Shown here in pieces: positions 1-11,170 of a stretch of 32,000 nucleotides of DNA; position 1 is the stretch's first letter; every line of letters starts with the position of its first letter. This DNA is from Desulfotalea psychrophila LSv54 (GTDB lineage: Bacteria > Desulfobacterota > Desulfobulbia > Desulfobulbales > Desulfocapsaceae): NCBI RefSeq assembly GCF_000025945.1, contig NC_006138.1:990001-1022000 (forward strand), in the 5' to 3' direction. The position numbers and the translations under genes were made by a program. The notes beneath the pieces are model-generated. The model saw only the letters and a program-made list of their open reading frames with translations. It did not search any database and was not told the origin of the DNA.

Positions 1-681
1 GATGGTGCCGGGGCAGATCCCCTCTTGATCACCTCAATTCATCGGGCCAAGGGCTGCGAGTGGCCCCTGGTGATTCTGCCGGGCCTTGAGGAGGGTAGCT
101 TTCCCTTTCGCCGTCAGCAAAAGGAGTCGCCATCGTTTACGGAGGTGGATGATGAGCGCAGGCTCTTCTATGTGGGGATGACCCGGGCCATTGAGAGGCT
201 CTATCTTCTGCACCCGAGGGATTTTTTTCTGCAGGAGGCCATGGTCGCTGGTCGTGCCGGTCATTCCCTGGCCGATGATCCTCTTGCAAGTTGCTTTTTA
301 TACGAGGCAAATTTAGGCATCAGTCGTCGGGTGGGGGAGGCCATCGCTCGTAATGAAGATGTGGGCCATATAGAGGCGGTGGATGCTGATATGGCAAATG
401 CCTATCTGCAGTTACAGGCGGGGGATCATGGTCAGGTAGTTACCCGACAGCAGGTCAAAAAATTGCCTGTGGCGGCGGTTGCACAACCTGTCACTGGTGG
501 CCATAGGCGCCTTAGTTCAGCTGAGGTCAGAGAGGGTATGGAGGTGGTTCACGATCGCTTTGGTCGTGGCCAAATATCTGCCGTGATCGACAGGGGACAG
601 GGAAAGGTACGGGTCGCCTTTGAGGAGGAGGGGGAGATGATCCTGCTTCTCTCCTATGCTAAGCTCTATCTGCGCAGGTAG
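1..681 (+). CDS. C-terminal part of a UvrD/PcrA/Rep-type superfamily 1 DNA helicase (5' end outside window)
   Basis: Frame is open from base 1. Protein has ITSIHRAKGCEWPLVILPGLEEGSFP and DDERRLFYVGMTRAIERLYL, the C-terminal motifs of UvrD-family helicases. Confidence 0.88.
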   Translation, partial: DGAGADPLLITSIHRAKGCEWPLVILPGLEEGSFPFRRQQKESPSFTEVDDERRLFYVGMTRAIERLYLLHPRDFFLQEAMVAGRAGHSLADDPLASCFLYEANLGISRRVGEAIARNEDVGHIEAVDADMANAYLQLQAGDHGQVVTRQQVKKLPVAAVAQPVTGGHRRLSSAEVREGMEVVHDRFGRGQISAVIDRGQGKVRVAFEEEGEMILLLSYAKLYLRR

Positions 682-879
682 TTGGGAGCTTTGTCTACGA
701 CCTTGGCGCGGCAGAGGAGTTTACTTGTCCTGACCTAATGATTTAACTGTAAAAAAATTTAAGTAAGTCCTGTTCTTATGATAAAATAAATTAATTATTT
801 ATGACTTAGGGCATGGTAGTGTTTTTTTGTAAAAAAATCATTTTTTGGTGTGAACAAATTCGGATCCATAGGGGCATGT

Positions 880-3800
880 ATGAAGAGATATTTTTTTTCT
901 GTAATTTCTGTGTGCTTCTTGGTGGTATGGGCGATCCCTGCTCTTGCCTCGGATCTTCAGCTAACGCCCGCGGAGCAGTCATGGCTCAGGGCGCATCCGG
1001 ATATTCGATTGGGTGTTGATCCGGATTATGCCCCCTTTGAGAGCATTGAAGGGGGAGTTTATGTTGGTCTTGCTGCAGATTATGTCAGCCTCGTCTCTAA
1101 AAAGCTTGGTCTTTCCCTGGTGCCTGTGCCTGACCTTACCTGGAAAGAGGTTATGGCTCTGGCCGAGCAGGGTGAGCTTGATCTCTTTCCAGCCGTGGTG
1201 CAGACGCCTGAACGTAATGAGCTCTGGCTTTTTGCCAAACCACATATGGCCTATTCAACGGTGATTTTTACCCGTGATGACTACTGGAATGTTTTTGGTT
1301 TGGCTGATTTTGCAGGGAAAAAGGTTGCTGTCGTCCGAGGCTATGCAATTCTTGATTTTATTCGAAGTGCTCATCCTCATCTTGATATTGTTCTGGTCGA
1401 TTCCGTTGATATGGGTTTGCGGCAGTTGGAAGCTGGAAGGGTTAGTGCATTTGTTAATGATATTGCTACAGGTGTCTCTGCCATTCAAAAAATGAATTTG
1501 AAAAATTTAAAAATTGCCGCCTATACCGATTTAAAGGATAAGGGGTTGGGCTTTGCCGTGCGTAAGGATTGGCCTGAATTGGTGGCGATGATAGATAAGG
1601 TCCTTGCCAGTATCACTCCCGAAGAGCATGCTGCCATCCATAATAGATGGATCAAGGTAGAGAGCTTTTCGCCATGGCAACACTGGGCCAGGTGGTTGTT
1701 TATTGGCCTGGCAATGGTGGCTGTTTCTCTTCTCGCATTCACTGGCTGGATCTATCTGCTTCGTAAACAGGTGGCGAGCCGTACGACCAAGTTACAGGCA
1801 AGTGAGGCTTGGACTGTGGCTATTCTTGATACGGCCTCAAATCCGATCATTACAATAGATGAGGATGAAACAGTTCTCTCTTTTAACCTTGGTGCAGAGC
1901 GGAGTTTTGCCTACAGTGCTGAGGAGATCATTGGCCAGAAGGTGAAAATTTTGCTCCCTGATCTCTATGAAAAATATGAGGACGAGTTTGCAACCAGTTT
2001 TTTCGCTAAGGATGACGCGCATCTCATTGATATGGATCGTGAAATTGATGCCAGGAGAAAGAATGGAACAATCTTCCCCATTCATCTCTCCGTGGGCGAG
2101 ATGATTGTTAGCGGCAAAAGAATGTTTGTCATTATTCTGGTGGATCTTTCTGTGCAGAAACAGCGAAATCTAGAGCTTGAGTTAGCCCGTGATGCGGCAG
2201 AGGCCGCCATGGAGGCTAAGGCGATTTTTCTTGCCAATATGAGTCATGAGATTCGTACCCCGATGAATGCCATCCTTGGATTTCTTGCCATTGTTTTGGA
2301 AAGTTCCTCTTTGCCTGCGGATTTACGTAAGCATATAGTGACGGCGCATGGTTCCGCAGAAAGCCTTTTGGTAATCATTAATGATGTCCTTGATGTCAGT
2401 AAGTTTGATAGTGGGAGGATGGAGCTTGTTTTTTCTGTTTTTCATCTTCCCCGTACCATTGGCAAAGCCCTACAAACCCTTTATATGCCTGCTCAGGAAA
2501 AAGAACTTAATATTCACCTTAACTACGATGAAGATTTACCATACTGTTTTCTGGGTGATTCTGTCCGGTTGCGACAGGTGATTATTAATCTTGTTGCCAA
2601 TGCGATTAAGTTTACTGAAGAGGGGAGTATTACCATAGAGGTTAAAGGTACCTCTGGGGAAGATGACCTCCTTCTCTTTACTGTAGTCGATACGGGTATT
2701 GGTATAAGGCCTGAACAGGTGGCACGGATTTTTGAGCCTTTTACCCAGGCCGATGACTCTTCTACACGTAATATTGGTGGTACAGGACTTGGCCTGGCTA
2801 TCTGTAAAGAGATTGTTGACTTGATGGGTGGTCGCATCTGGGTGGAAAGTGAAAAGGGGAAAGGATCAAGTTTTAATTTTATGGTTCCTTTACCACGAGC
2901 TGAATGTATTAAAGACTGTCCCAAGGCGGGCAGACCTGCAGAGACAGGTGATGACTGTCCCAAGCTGGCTGAACTTTCAGAAAGAGCTGAGCCTGTCTCA
3001 AGAAAAATATTTCGCATACTGTTGGCCGAGGATATGAAAGATAACGCTGAGTTAGCTCAGTTTCGATTGGAGCAACAGGGACATATCGTTACCCATGTTT
3101 GGAATGGTTTAGAGGCGGTGGAGGCATTCCAGCGAGATGAATTCGATCTTATTTTTATGGACGTGCAGATGCCCGTGTTGGATGGGCACAGTGCCACCCG
3201 TCAAATCCGGAAAATCGAGAGGGGGGCTGGTGGCTATATTCCGATCTTTGCCTTGACTGCCAGTGTCATGAGGGAGGATCGGGAGAAGTGTATAGCTGCT
3301 GGTATGGATGTCATTATTGGCAAGCCGATAGACTTTCAATTTCTTTTTGCTAAAATGGAAGAGATTGTCTCCGAGGGGGTTGGCGTCGTGCAGAGGGGAT
3401 GGATCGATTTTTCTCCGGTAATGGCCGTGGCGGCTGTGGAGCAGGGCCTGCTCACCTGGGCCAATTCTGTGGTCTATGCAGGGACATTGATTGATTTTTC
3501 CGAGGCTCATTTGGGTGACGCCAGCACTCTGCAGCAGCTGTTTCAGCAGAACGATATTAGAGGTATGCAGTGTCTTATCCACACCCTAAAAGGTGTTGCG
3601 GAAAATTTGGCCCTGTCTGATCTGGTTAAAATTATAAGTGACGTTGATTCTTCTCTGTTGATGGATGACAGGGAGCGAACCACTCTTCTCCTGTTGGATT
3701 TAAAAGAGGCGTTGAAAAATGTGGTGGTGGCAACGGGACAACTGGCTCTTGCCGGGGAGGGTGCTGTTCAACCAGTCAAGAAGGAAGACCTTAAAAAGAT

Positions 3801-4005
3801 AGGTGATCTGTTGGCTGAGTTGCTCGTTCAGTTGGAAGAGGATAATCCTGCCGTTGTTGAACCGCTAGTGGCAGAACTTTCTCAGTATCTTTCTCAGAAT
3901 GATCTCCTGCTTTTGCAAAAAAATATTGATGATTTCGAGTTTGTCCGTGCCAAATTACAGGTTAGAAAACTTGCCGATATGTTGGCCATTAAATTGGAGG
4001 TTTAG
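880..4005 (+). CDS. Hybrid sensor histidine kinase, BvgS/EvgS-like: signal peptide, periplasmic SBP3-like domain, TM, PAS, HisKA, HATPase, REC, HPt
   Basis: ORF track 850..4005. ATG at 880 begins a clear signal peptide ([24 protein letters not shown]). Motifs: [17 protein letters not shown] (H-box), [13 protein letters not shown] (N-box), DTGIGI and GGTGLGLAI (G-boxes), [14 protein letters not shown] (REC), [10 protein letters not shown] (HPt). Confidence 0.9.
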   Translation: MKRYFFSVISVCFLVVWAIPALASDLQLTPAEQSWLRAHPDIRLGVDPDYAPFESIEGGVYVGLAADYVSLVSKKLGLSLVPVPDLTWKEVMALAEQGELDLFPAVVQTPERNELWLFAKPHMAYSTVIFTRDDYWNVFGLADFAGKKVAVVRGYAILDFIRSAHPHLDIVLVDSVDMGLRQLEAGRVSAFVNDIATGVSAIQKMNLKNLKIAAYTDLKDKGLGFAVRKDWPELVAMIDKVLASITPEEHAAIHNRWIKVESFSPWQHWARWLFIGLAMVAVSLLAFTGWIYLLRKQVASRTTKLQASEAWTVAILDTASNPIITIDEDETVLSFNLGAERSFAYSAEEIIGQKVKILLPDLYEKYEDEFATSFFAKDDAHLIDMDREIDARRKNGTIFPIHLSVGEMIVSGKRMFVIILVDLSVQKQRNLELELARDAAEAAMEAKAIFLANMSHEIRTPMNAILGFLAIVLESSSLPADLRKHIVTAHGSAESLLVIINDVLDVSKFDSGRMELVFSVFHLPRTIGKALQTLYMPAQEKELNIHLNYDEDLPYCFLGDSVRLRQVIINLVANAIKFTEEGSITIEVKGTSGEDDLLLFTVVDTGIGIRPEQVARIFEPFTQADDSSTRNIGGTGLGLAICKEIVDLMGGRIWVESEKGKGSSFNFMVPLPRAECIKDCPKAGRPAETGDDCPKLAELSERAEPVSRKIFRILLAEDMKDNAELAQFRLEQQGHIVTHVWNGLEAVEAFQRDEFDLIFMDVQMPVLDGHSATRQIRKIERGAGGYIPIFALTASVMREDREKCIAAGMDVIIGKPIDFQFLFAKMEEIVSEGVGVVQRGWIDFSPVMAVAAVEQGLLTWANSVVYAGTLIDFSEAHLGDASTLQQLFQQNDIRGMQCLIHTLKGVAENLALSDLVKIISDVDSSLLMDDRERTTLLLLDLKEALKNVVVATGQLALAGEGAVQPVKKEDLKKIGDLLAELLVQLEEDNPAVVEPLVAELSQYLSQNDLLLLQKNIDDFEFVRAKLQVRKLADMLAIKLEV

Positions 4006-4007
4006 GG

Positions 4008-4988
4008 GTGGAAAAATATCGGATTTTGCTGGTGGATGATGAGCCAAATAACCTGAAGCTCTTGCGGGAAATATTGGGAGGAGTCTACGATCTCAAATTT
4101 GCCACAAATGGAAAAAATGCCCTACTTGCGGCAGAAAAACATCAACCTCATCTCATTCTACTTGATGTTATGATGCCCGGAATGGATGGTTATGAAGTTT
4201 GTCGTCGGCTCAAGGCTGATCCTCTTACGGCAAAAATACCGGTAATTTTTGCCACAGCCAGGACTAAGGTGGAGGATGAAAAACATGGATTTGATGTCGG
4301 TGGAGTGGATTATCTTACCAAGCCCCTTTCTGCGCCGATTGTTTTGCGCCGAGTGGCGACGCACCTCTCTCTTGTTCGAGTAGATGAATTGGATTCTCTA
4401 GCCCGGGCGGCTATTCGAATGCTTGGTGAGGCTGGGCACTATAACGATACTGATACAGGCGAGCATATTTGGCAAATGGCAGCCTATTCCAGGGCCATTG
4501 CTGTGGCGGCAGGATGGTCAATCGAGAGGGCAAATAAAATTGAGCTTGCAGCCCCCATGCATGACATGGGTAAGGTGGGGATTCCCGATAATATTCTTAA
4601 GGCCCCCAGAAAGTTAGAGCCGGAGGAGTGGCAGGTAATTATGACTCATTGTCAAATAGGATATGATATTCTCGTTATGTCCGATAATCCTATTTTTCAG
4701 TTAGCGGCAGAGATTGCTCTGGGGCATCATGAAAAGTGGGACGGAACTGGTTACCCCCTGCAGCGTTCTGGAGAAGATATACCGGAATCGGCTCGTATTG
4801 TTGCCATAGCGGATATTTTTGATGCCCTTACCATGAAGAGACCCTATAAAGAGGCATGGTCTGTGGAGGATGCCTTTCTGGAAATTGAACAGCTCTCCGG
4901 TTCTCAGCTTGAGCCAAGACTTGTGGAGAGATTTCTTTCAATAGAGGAGGAAATTCGGGCAATAAAGATAAAATGGGATGGTGTTTGA
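4008..4988 (+). CDS. Response regulator with HD-GYP-type output domain (putative cyclic-di-GMP phosphodiesterase)
   Basis: REC domain [10 protein letters not shown]...[15 protein letters not shown]...KPL, then [10 protein letters not shown]...[11 protein letters not shown]...[22 protein letters not shown] start 2 nt after the kinase stop, preceded by GGAGG. Confidence 0.9.
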   Translation: MEKYRILLVDDEPNNLKLLREILGGVYDLKFATNGKNALLAAEKHQPHLILLDVMMPGMDGYEVCRRLKADPLTAKIPVIFATARTKVEDEKHGFDVGGVDYLTKPLSAPIVLRRVATHLSLVRVDELDSLARAAIRMLGEAGHYNDTDTGEHIWQMAAYSRAIAVAAGWSIERANKIELAAPMHDMGKVGIPDNILKAPRKLEPEEWQVIMTHCQIGYDILVMSDNPIFQLAAEIALGHHEKWDGTGYPLQRSGEDIPESARIVAIADIFDALTMKRPYKEAWSVEDAFLEIEQLSGSQLEPRLVERFLSIEEEIRAIKIKWDGV

Positions 4989-5010
4989 TCTCTCTTGTCT
5001 AGGTGAGGAA

Positions 5011-5042
5011 CAGAGCCGTTTAAAAAAACTTAAACGGCTCTG
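5011..5042. terminator. Perfect 13-bp inverted repeat between convergent genes; possible bidirectional terminator without a clear T-tract
   Basis: CAGAGCCGTTTAA-aaaaac-TTAAACGGCTCTG, between the stop at 4988 (+) and the stop at 5050 (-). Confidence 0.5.
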
Positions 5043-5049
5043 TTGGCTA

Positions 5050-5391
5050 TCAGCCTGGAGGCCACTGCAGATCTCGTCCACCCAGAATATGCATATGGAT
5101 ATGGAATACAGTCTGTCCGGCCTGGATGCCGTTGTTGAGGACGGTGCGAAAACCGTCGCCAATGCCCTGTTCCTTGGCCAGTTGGGCGCCGACCCGCATC
5201 ATCTTGCCAATCAGCTGTTCATCTTCTGCCGCAAGGTCTGCAGGGCCAGTGATATGTTTTTTTGGGACAACCAAAAAGTGTTTTGGTGCCTGGGGGGCAA
5301 TATCCCAGAAGGCGAAAACATCATCGTCTTCATAGAGTTTCTTTACGGGGATTTCTCCGCCAATAATCTTACAGAACAGGCAGTCACTCAT
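5050..5391 (-). CDS. HIT family (histidine triad) protein, HinT-like
   Basis: MSDCLFCKIIGGEIPVKKLYEDDDVFAFWDI...HFLVVPKKHI...GQTVFHIHMHILGGR; HxHxH triad. The track extends to 5412, but the internal Met matches the family N-terminus. Confidence 0.92.
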   Translation of the reverse strand: MSDCLFCKIIGGEIPVKKLYEDDDVFAFWDIAPQAPKHFLVVPKKHITGPADLAAEDEQLIGKMMRVGAQLAKEQGIGDGFRTVLNNGIQAGQTVFHIHMHILGGRDLQWPPG

Positions 5392-5431
5392 AACATCTCC
5401 ACTTATTTTCATTCAAATAAACCATTCAGCC

Positions 5432-7684
5432 CTATTTCCCGTAGCTAAAGGTTAGTGCTTTATTTTTACAGCCAATTTTGACACTACCACCATTTTTCAG
5501 TTGGCCAAAGAGAATCTCGTCACTGAGGACATCGCCAATTTCGGTAAGGATAAGTCTCTGCAGGGGTCTGGCTCCAAATTCTGGACTATAGCCCTTGCTG
5601 GCAAGATACTTTTTGGCGCCAGCAGTCAGGCTGATGGAGACATTTTTATCGGCCAGTTGAGCGCTGATTTCGGTGAGGAGCTTACCCACCACCTTCTCAG
5701 CGGATTTAATGCTGAGCTGATCAAAGGCAATGATGGCATCCAGGCGGTTGCGAAATTCAGGGGCGAAGAGCTTTTTGATGGCCCCCTTGCCCTTGGTTGT
5801 CTTGTCCTGGACAAATCCTATGGGGGTCGTGGTCATCTCCCGGGCCCCGGCATTACTGGTCATGATCAGGATAACATTGCGAAAATCCGCCCTGCGTCCT
5901 GAGTTGTCGGTCAGAGTTGCATGATCCATCACCTGAAGGAGGATGGAAAAAATATCGGGATGGGCCTTCTCAATCTCATCGAGGAGGAGGACACAGTGTG
6001 GATGCTTGCGAATGGCTTCGGTAAGTTGACCTCCCTGATCAAAACCGACATAACCGGGGGGGGCTCCTATGAGCCTGGCCACGGCATGTTTTTCCATATA
6101 CTCACTCATATCAAATCGCTCGAAGTGTATTCCAAGCTGTTTGGCAAGCTGACGAGCAACCTCTGTTTTACCAACGCCTGTGGGGCCGGAGAAAACAAAG
6201 CTTCCCGTTGGTGAGAGTGGATTGCCAAGTCCGGCCCGGGATCTCTTCACTGCCGTGGTCAGGGCCTTAATGGCATTGTCTTGACCGTAGACAACCGAGC
6301 GCAGACTGTTATCCAGATGGCGTAGTTGGTTTGCCTCCGATGCCGATGTCTGTTTGGCAGGAATTCTGGCAATTTCCGAGACAACTTCCTCCACGTCCTT
6401 AACCCGCACTATTGCCTTTTTTCGTCCTGCCAGGCGAAAACGTGAGCCTATCTCATCCATGACATCAATAGCCTTGTCGGGAAGGAACCGCTCGTTGATA
6501 TAGCGATCGGCAAGCTCAGCCATGGCCAGGATAGATTCATCTGAATATTTGATATTATGGTGCTTTTCGTATTGTGACTTCACTCCCTGCAGGATGAGTT
6601 GGGTGTCGGCTACAGAGGGTTCTGGCAGATCTATTTTTTGAAACCGTCTGGAGAGGGCCCGGTCTTTTTCGATATGGGATTTATACTCTTCATAGGTAGT
6701 GGAGCCAATACAGCGGAGCACACCTTCCTGCAGGGCGGGTTTGAGCAGATTCGAGGCATCCATTGATCCTTCACTGGTGGAGCCTGCCCCGACGATGGTA
6801 TGGATTTCATCGATAAAGAGGATGGCATTCTCCTCCTCCTTTATCTCAGAGATAACGGCTTTAAGCCTCTTTTCGAAATCGCCGCGATACTTTGTCCCGG
6901 CCACCAGAGACCCCATGTCGAGCAGGTAGATATCTGTGTCGTGGAGCAGTTCAGGGAACTTTGTCTTGCGTCCGTCCCTGCGGGCCAGGCTGTCTTCAAA
7001 GATATGCCGGGCCAAGCCCTCAACTATGGCAGTTTTGCCGACCCCCGGTTCACCTACGAGTAGGGGGTTGTTCTTCTTGCGTCGACAGAGGACCTGCATG
7101 ATTCGTTTCAGTTCAGATTCGCGACCGATAAGGGGGTCTATCAGCCCCTTTGCAGCGTTGACTGTGAGGTTTGTCGTGTACTTTTCCAGGGCGCTTTCCC
7201 CCGGAGTCTCTTCCGGGGTCTTTGCCGGTGCGTTCAGTGACTCTTGCTGGTTATCGCTTGGTATATCGTGGGCGATAAAGCTGACAACTGCCATGCGGTT
7301 AAGGCCAAGGCTGGTGAGGAAGTAGACGGCGTGAGAGTCTTTTTCGCCAAAGATTGCCACCAGTATATCACCTGCATCGGCCTCTTTTTTGCCACAGCTC
7401 TTTACGTGGTTGAGGGCTCGTTGCAGGACTCGGTTAAAGGCAACGGTCTGTACCGCCTCTTCTTCGGTGCTGGAGGAAATTTTCGGTACCCTCGTTTCGA
7501 AGAACTTATCAAGTTTTTCCCGAAGGGTATCAATCGAGGCTCCACATTCTTTGATAATATAGCAGGCAAGATCATCGGCTAGCAGTCCATAGAGCATATG
7601 CTCTATGGTGACAAATTGGTGCTTTCTTTTCTTGGCTTCTTGGAGGGCCCTAACCAGTGATTGTTCTAATGTTTTACTTATCAT
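5432..7684 (-). CDS. clpA: ATP-dependent Clp protease ATP-binding subunit ClpA
   Basis: 750 aa. N-domain [30 protein letters not shown]; two Walker A motifs ([16 protein letters not shown]); C-terminal GFVQD...[13 protein letters not shown]. clpS-like gene directly upstream. Confidence 0.96.
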   Translation of the reverse strand: MISKTLEQSLVRALQEAKKRKHQFVTIEHMLYGLLADDLACYIIKECGASIDTLREKLDKFFETRVPKISSSTEEEAVQTVAFNRVLQRALNHVKSCGKKEADAGDILVAIFGEKDSHAVYFLTSLGLNRMAVVSFIAHDIPSDNQQESLNAPAKTPEETPGESALEKYTTNLTVNAAKGLIDPLIGRESELKRIMQVLCRRKKNNPLLVGEPGVGKTAIVEGLARHIFEDSLARRDGRKTKFPELLHDTDIYLLDMGSLVAGTKYRGDFEKRLKAVISEIKEEENAILFIDEIHTIVGAGSTSEGSMDASNLLKPALQEGVLRCIGSTTYEEYKSHIEKDRALSRRFQKIDLPEPSVADTQLILQGVKSQYEKHHNIKYSDESILAMAELADRYINERFLPDKAIDVMDEIGSRFRLAGRKKAIVRVKDVEEVVSEIARIPAKQTSASEANQLRHLDNSLRSVVYGQDNAIKALTTAVKRSRAGLGNPLSPTGSFVFSGPTGVGKTEVARQLAKQLGIHFERFDMSEYMEKHAVARLIGAPPGYVGFDQGGQLTEAIRKHPHCVLLLDEIEKAHPDIFSILLQVMDHATLTDNSGRRADFRNVILIMTSNAGAREMTTTPIGFVQDKTTKGKGAIKKLFAPEFRNRLDAIIAFDQLSIKSAEKVVGKLLTEISAQLADKNVSISLTAGAKKYLASKGYSPEFGARPLQRLILTEIGDVLSDEILFGQLKNGGSVKIGCKNKALTFSYGK

Positions 7685-7723
7685 AATCCCTCGTAGGTTG
7701 TGCTGATTATAGGATATTTATCT

Positions 7724-8032
7724 TTATTCTTTTTCTAGGGAGCAGCGTAGGGGAAATTCGTTCTGTTCTGCCAGTTGATGGACTATGGCAACCTTTGTCT
7801 CTGCTATTTCATGGGTATAGAGCCCAGCAACACCTACTTCACTGCTGTGCACGGTAAGCATTATCTCTTCAGCGACTGCCTCTGTTTTACTAAAGATCTG
7901 CATTAAAATAGCAACAACAAAATCCATGGAGGTGTAGTCATCGTTATGGATGAGTACCCTGTACATTGGTGGTTCTCGTGTTTCAATATCGTCTATAGTT
8001 GCGCTGTCGCTTTGTTGTTTGTCTTCAGTCAT
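7724..8032 (-). CDS. clpS: ATP-dependent Clp protease adaptor ClpS
   Basis: 102 aa. YRVLIHNDDYTSMDFVVAILMQIF and ILMTVHSSEVGVAGLYTHEIAETKV-type ClpS core (here MLTVHSSEVGVAGLYTHEIAETKV); adjacent to clpA. Confidence 0.94.
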   Translation of the reverse strand: MTEDKQQSDSATIDDIETREPPMYRVLIHNDDYTSMDFVVAILMQIFSKTEAVAEEIMLTVHSSEVGVAGLYTHEIAETKVAIVHQLAEQNEFPLRCSLEKE

Positions 8033-8174
8033 TGTGATGCGTCGTGTTAAGAAAAAATTGAAAAAGGTTATCGGTTAAGATTTCCTTGCCAGCTACCTGT
8101 TTTTATTATAAGGACGGTGTTTCAAATTGCACTGCTGTGCATCTAAATATATTATATCTTATAATTTCTGTATC

Positions 8175-9533
8175 TTATATTTTTTTGTTACGGAGGATGG
8201 CAATTGTCAGTTCCTCAAGTAAAAGTTGCTGTGGCAAAAAAGAGCTTTTTACCCGATACTCGGCACCATGAACAAGAATGAGCAGGTTCTTGAGGCTGTT
8301 TGGGGAGTATTCAGCTGCCCTCTTAAAATTATTATAGACGGCAAAGGGGTGTCCTTTGATCAGTTCTGCCCATTCATCGTTTTCTTTAAGGCTGGGCAGG
8401 TAACTGTTTTGGAACTGTTGGGCGGGCATTTGCTGCCAGGGAACTCTATGCTTTAACTGTACCCCCCTTATCAACAGGAGTCTGCGGTAGAAGTTCCTCA
8501 GTGTTGCCAGGACAGCAAGACTATGGATGTTATTGCTTAAAATCCGTTTAAGGATGATAAGGCTCTTAGCCGCCTGGCCGCTGGAGAGGGCCTCGGTGAA
8601 CTCAAAGAGGGCATCTTCGCGAGTTTGGCTTGTCAGTTCCCGCACATCATCGATGCTGATCTTAGGCCTATCCCCTGCATAGAGGGCGAGCTTTTCCGCT
8701 TCATTGATAACGGCTACGGGATGGCAGCCCACCCGGTCGATAAAGAGTCTTACCGCATCTGCCGCCATCTTTTTTTGGAAGAGTCCCAGGGTTTTATTCA
8801 GCTGTTCCTGGACCACCGCCAGTTGATCCTTCTGGGCGGCAGAGTTGCTGCCACTTGCCACCGAGCAGTCAATGGTGGTCGCACTTTTCTTGCAGTAAGA
8901 GAAGAAGCGTTGCCGTTTATCAACGGTTTCGGCGGTGAGTATGAGGATGTTGCCGGCGGGGAGGCCGCGATCAAAGGCTTGGATATAGGAGTCAACCAGA
9001 TCCGTGGGCGAGGAAGTCTGCTCCTCGGGGGCAGTGGCCATGATCTGGTCGGCCCAGGAGATATCTTCGTCAGGCTTATCAAAGCCAAAGAATTTTTTCC
9101 AGTGGGTTTTTCCTATTTCACTGAAGACCTGATCGCCCTTCAGTGATTGGGCGCTGAGACCACCCAGCTTTGCCATGTCGGTCAGATAGCGGAGGACGGC
9201 ATCAAGTCGGCCGTTGCGCATGGCGCGGGCGGCCTTTTTCCAGATTTTTTCGATAATGGTCTTGCTCTGGAAGATACGGCTCTCGCTGACCCGGTATATC
9301 TGTAGGCCGGGAAGAAGACTGTAGCTGAGCAGGCGGGACAGGGTTTGGCCTGCATCCTCCGTGGCCCCATCTATCTTGTGGATGGTCCCCTTCCTCTCCA
9401 TCAATCCCTTCTGCAGGGCATCTGCTGCCTCTTGACAGAGGTACCGTTCGCCGTAAAAGAGAAAGAGTGAAGACTCTGTTATCTGGCCCTTGCCGATTTC
9501 CTGGAGGAACTGGGTGCGTTTTATATCTGCCAT
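8175..9533 (-). CDS. holA: DNA polymerase III delta subunit (HolA-like)
   Basis: LFLFYGERYLCQEAADAL near the N-terminus; NEAEKLALYAGDRPKISIDDVRELTSQTREDALFEFTEALSSGQAAKSLIILKRIL and the C-terminal region fit the HolA family. Confidence 0.75.
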   Translation of the reverse strand: MADIKRTQFLQEIGKGQITESSLFLFYGERYLCQEAADALQKGLMERKGTIHKIDGATEDAGQTLSRLLSYSLLPGLQIYRVSESRIFQSKTIIEKIWKKAARAMRNGRLDAVLRYLTDMAKLGGLSAQSLKGDQVFSEIGKTHWKKFFGFDKPDEDISWADQIMATAPEEQTSSPTDLVDSYIQAFDRGLPAGNILILTAETVDKRQRFFSYCKKSATTIDCSVASGSNSAAQKDQLAVVQEQLNKTLGLFQKKMAADAVRLFIDRVGCHPVAVINEAEKLALYAGDRPKISIDDVRELTSQTREDALFEFTEALSSGQAAKSLIILKRILSNNIHSLAVLATLRNFYRRLLLIRGVQLKHRVPWQQMPAQQFQNSYLPSLKENDEWAELIKGHPFAVYNNFKRAAEYSPNSLKNLLILVHGAEYRVKSSFLPQQLLLEELTIAILRNKKI

Positions 9534-9543
9534 GGCCTACTAT

Positions 9544-11049
9544 CTATAAAAACATCTTGTATGCGGGATTGTCTGTCTCTTCTTTAAAGCGGTAGCCCAG
9601 TATATCTAATCTCTCCAATAGCTCATCGTCATCCCGGCAGGAGTTAAAGCCAACAAGTACCCGGCTATAATTTCCACCCTGCATGCGGTAGTGGAAGAGG
9701 GAGATGGAGAGTGCGCCACGGGTGGCGTCGAGAAAACGGACAAGGGCTCCGGGTGTTTCAGGAAACCAGAAACGAAAGAGTCTCTCCTCTTGGACGCTTG
9801 CCGGTTTGCCACCCACCATATAGCGGATATGGTTTTTGGCAAGATCGTTATCGGTCAGATCGATATTTTCATAACCGGCTGCCGTGAGCTGTTGGCTGAA
9901 CTCTTGTCGTTCTTTTGCCTGTTCTATGGAGATACCGACAAAGATATGTGCCTTTTCTGGAGAGATATGGCGATAGTTGAATTCGGTGATATTTCGTTTT
10001 TCAACTATCCTCTGGCAGAATGTTTTCAGGCTTCCCGCCTCTTCAGGCATGGTTACCGCAAAAAGTGCCTCCTGCTCCTCCCCGATCAGGGTGCGCTCGG
10101 CAACGTAACGCAGGCGCTCAAAGTTCATATTGGCTCCGGAATTAATGGCAATAAGAGTCTTGTCCTTGCAGCCTGTCTCCCGGATATATTTTAAGAGACC
10201 GGCCATGCCAAGGCCGCCTGCAGGTTCGACAATGGAGCGGGTCGCCTGGTAGATGGCCTTGATACCACTGCAGAGTTCGTCGCTGCTGATTTCGATGATC
10301 TCATCTACATACTCCTGGCAGAGGGCAAAGGTTTGCTCTCCAACCTTCCGTACGGCAACGCCATCGGCAAAGATACCAACGGTGGAGAGTTCCACCCGTT
10401 TACCCGCCTTAAGGGAGCAGTGCATGGCATTGCTATCGGTCGGCTCTACCCCGATTATCCTGATCTCAGGACGGAGATTTTTCATATAGGCGGCAATGCC
10501 GGCAATGAGTCCGCCCCCACCCACGGGAATAAAAATTGCGTCAATTTTTCCGGGATTTTGGCGAAGAATTTCATCGGCAATAGTGCCTTGACCGGCAATG
10601 ACCAACTCATCGTCAAAGGGGGGGATATAGTATCTACCTGTCTCCGCCATGATCTGTTCGGTGTGGGTGGCTGCCTCGGAGTAGTTGTCGCCGTGGAGGA
10701 TAACCTGGCCGCCCATACGGCGAACTGCATCTACCTTGATCTTAGGGGTGGTGGTGGGCATAACGATCAGGGCTGAGATGCCGAGTTTCTTGGCAGAATA
10801 GGCCACGCCTTGGGCATGATTTCCCGCCGAGGCGGTAATAACCCCCCGTGCTCGCTCCTCTTCGCTCAGATGGGCAATTTTATTGTAAGCGCCGCGTATT
10901 TTAAAGGAGAATACCGGTTGTTGATCTTCTCTTTTTAGAAGGATTTTGTTTCCGAGTTGGTGGGAGAGTTGTACTGCCTGTTCAAGTGGTGTCTCCACCG
11001 CTGCCTCATAGACCCGGGAGGTGAGGATGTCACGAATTATTTTTTTCAT
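9544..11049 (-). CDS. ilvA: Threonine ammonia-lyase (threonine dehydratase), PLP-dependent, with C-terminal ACT-like regulatory domains
   Basis: 501 aa. LLKREDQQPVFSFKIRGAYNKI (PLP lysine motif), ASAGNHAQGVAYSA, GGGGLIAGIAAY, and a C-terminus with two regulatory repeats (RNITEFNYRH..., GALVRFLDA). Confidence 0.94.
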   Translation of the reverse strand: MKKIIRDILTSRVYEAAVETPLEQAVQLSHQLGNKILLKREDQQPVFSFKIRGAYNKIAHLSEEERARGVITASAGNHAQGVAYSAKKLGISALIVMPTTTPKIKVDAVRRMGGQVILHGDNYSEAATHTEQIMAETGRYYIPPFDDELVIAGQGTIADEILRQNPGKIDAIFIPVGGGGLIAGIAAYMKNLRPEIRIIGVEPTDSNAMHCSLKAGKRVELSTVGIFADGVAVRKVGEQTFALCQEYVDEIIEISSDELCSGIKAIYQATRSIVEPAGGLGMAGLLKYIRETGCKDKTLIAINSGANMNFERLRYVAERTLIGEEQEALFAVTMPEEAGSLKTFCQRIVEKRNITEFNYRHISPEKAHIFVGISIEQAKERQEFSQQLTAAGYENIDLTDNDLAKNHIRYMVGGKPASVQEERLFRFWFPETPGALVRFLDATRGALSISLFHYRMQGGNYSRVLVGFNSCRDDDELLERLDILGYRFKEETDNPAYKMFL

Positions 11050-11170
11050 ATGGTCAGCTTTGCAATTTTTTTAAGTTGTGGAAAGGGTCATTTTACAGTG
11101 CCTGTGAGAGGATGCAAAGAAAATTTATCCTGGTCGCACAACTCCTCTTTTTAAGAGCCGGTGGCAGTCC

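Noticed and set aside
813-1019. 68-aa ORF overlapping the hybrid kinase start
   Set aside because: Overlaps the clear signal peptide and sensor domain in another frame; no homology recognised.
8086-8271. Small ORF between clpS and holA
   Set aside because: Overlaps the holA 3' end, with no RBS or recognisable motif.
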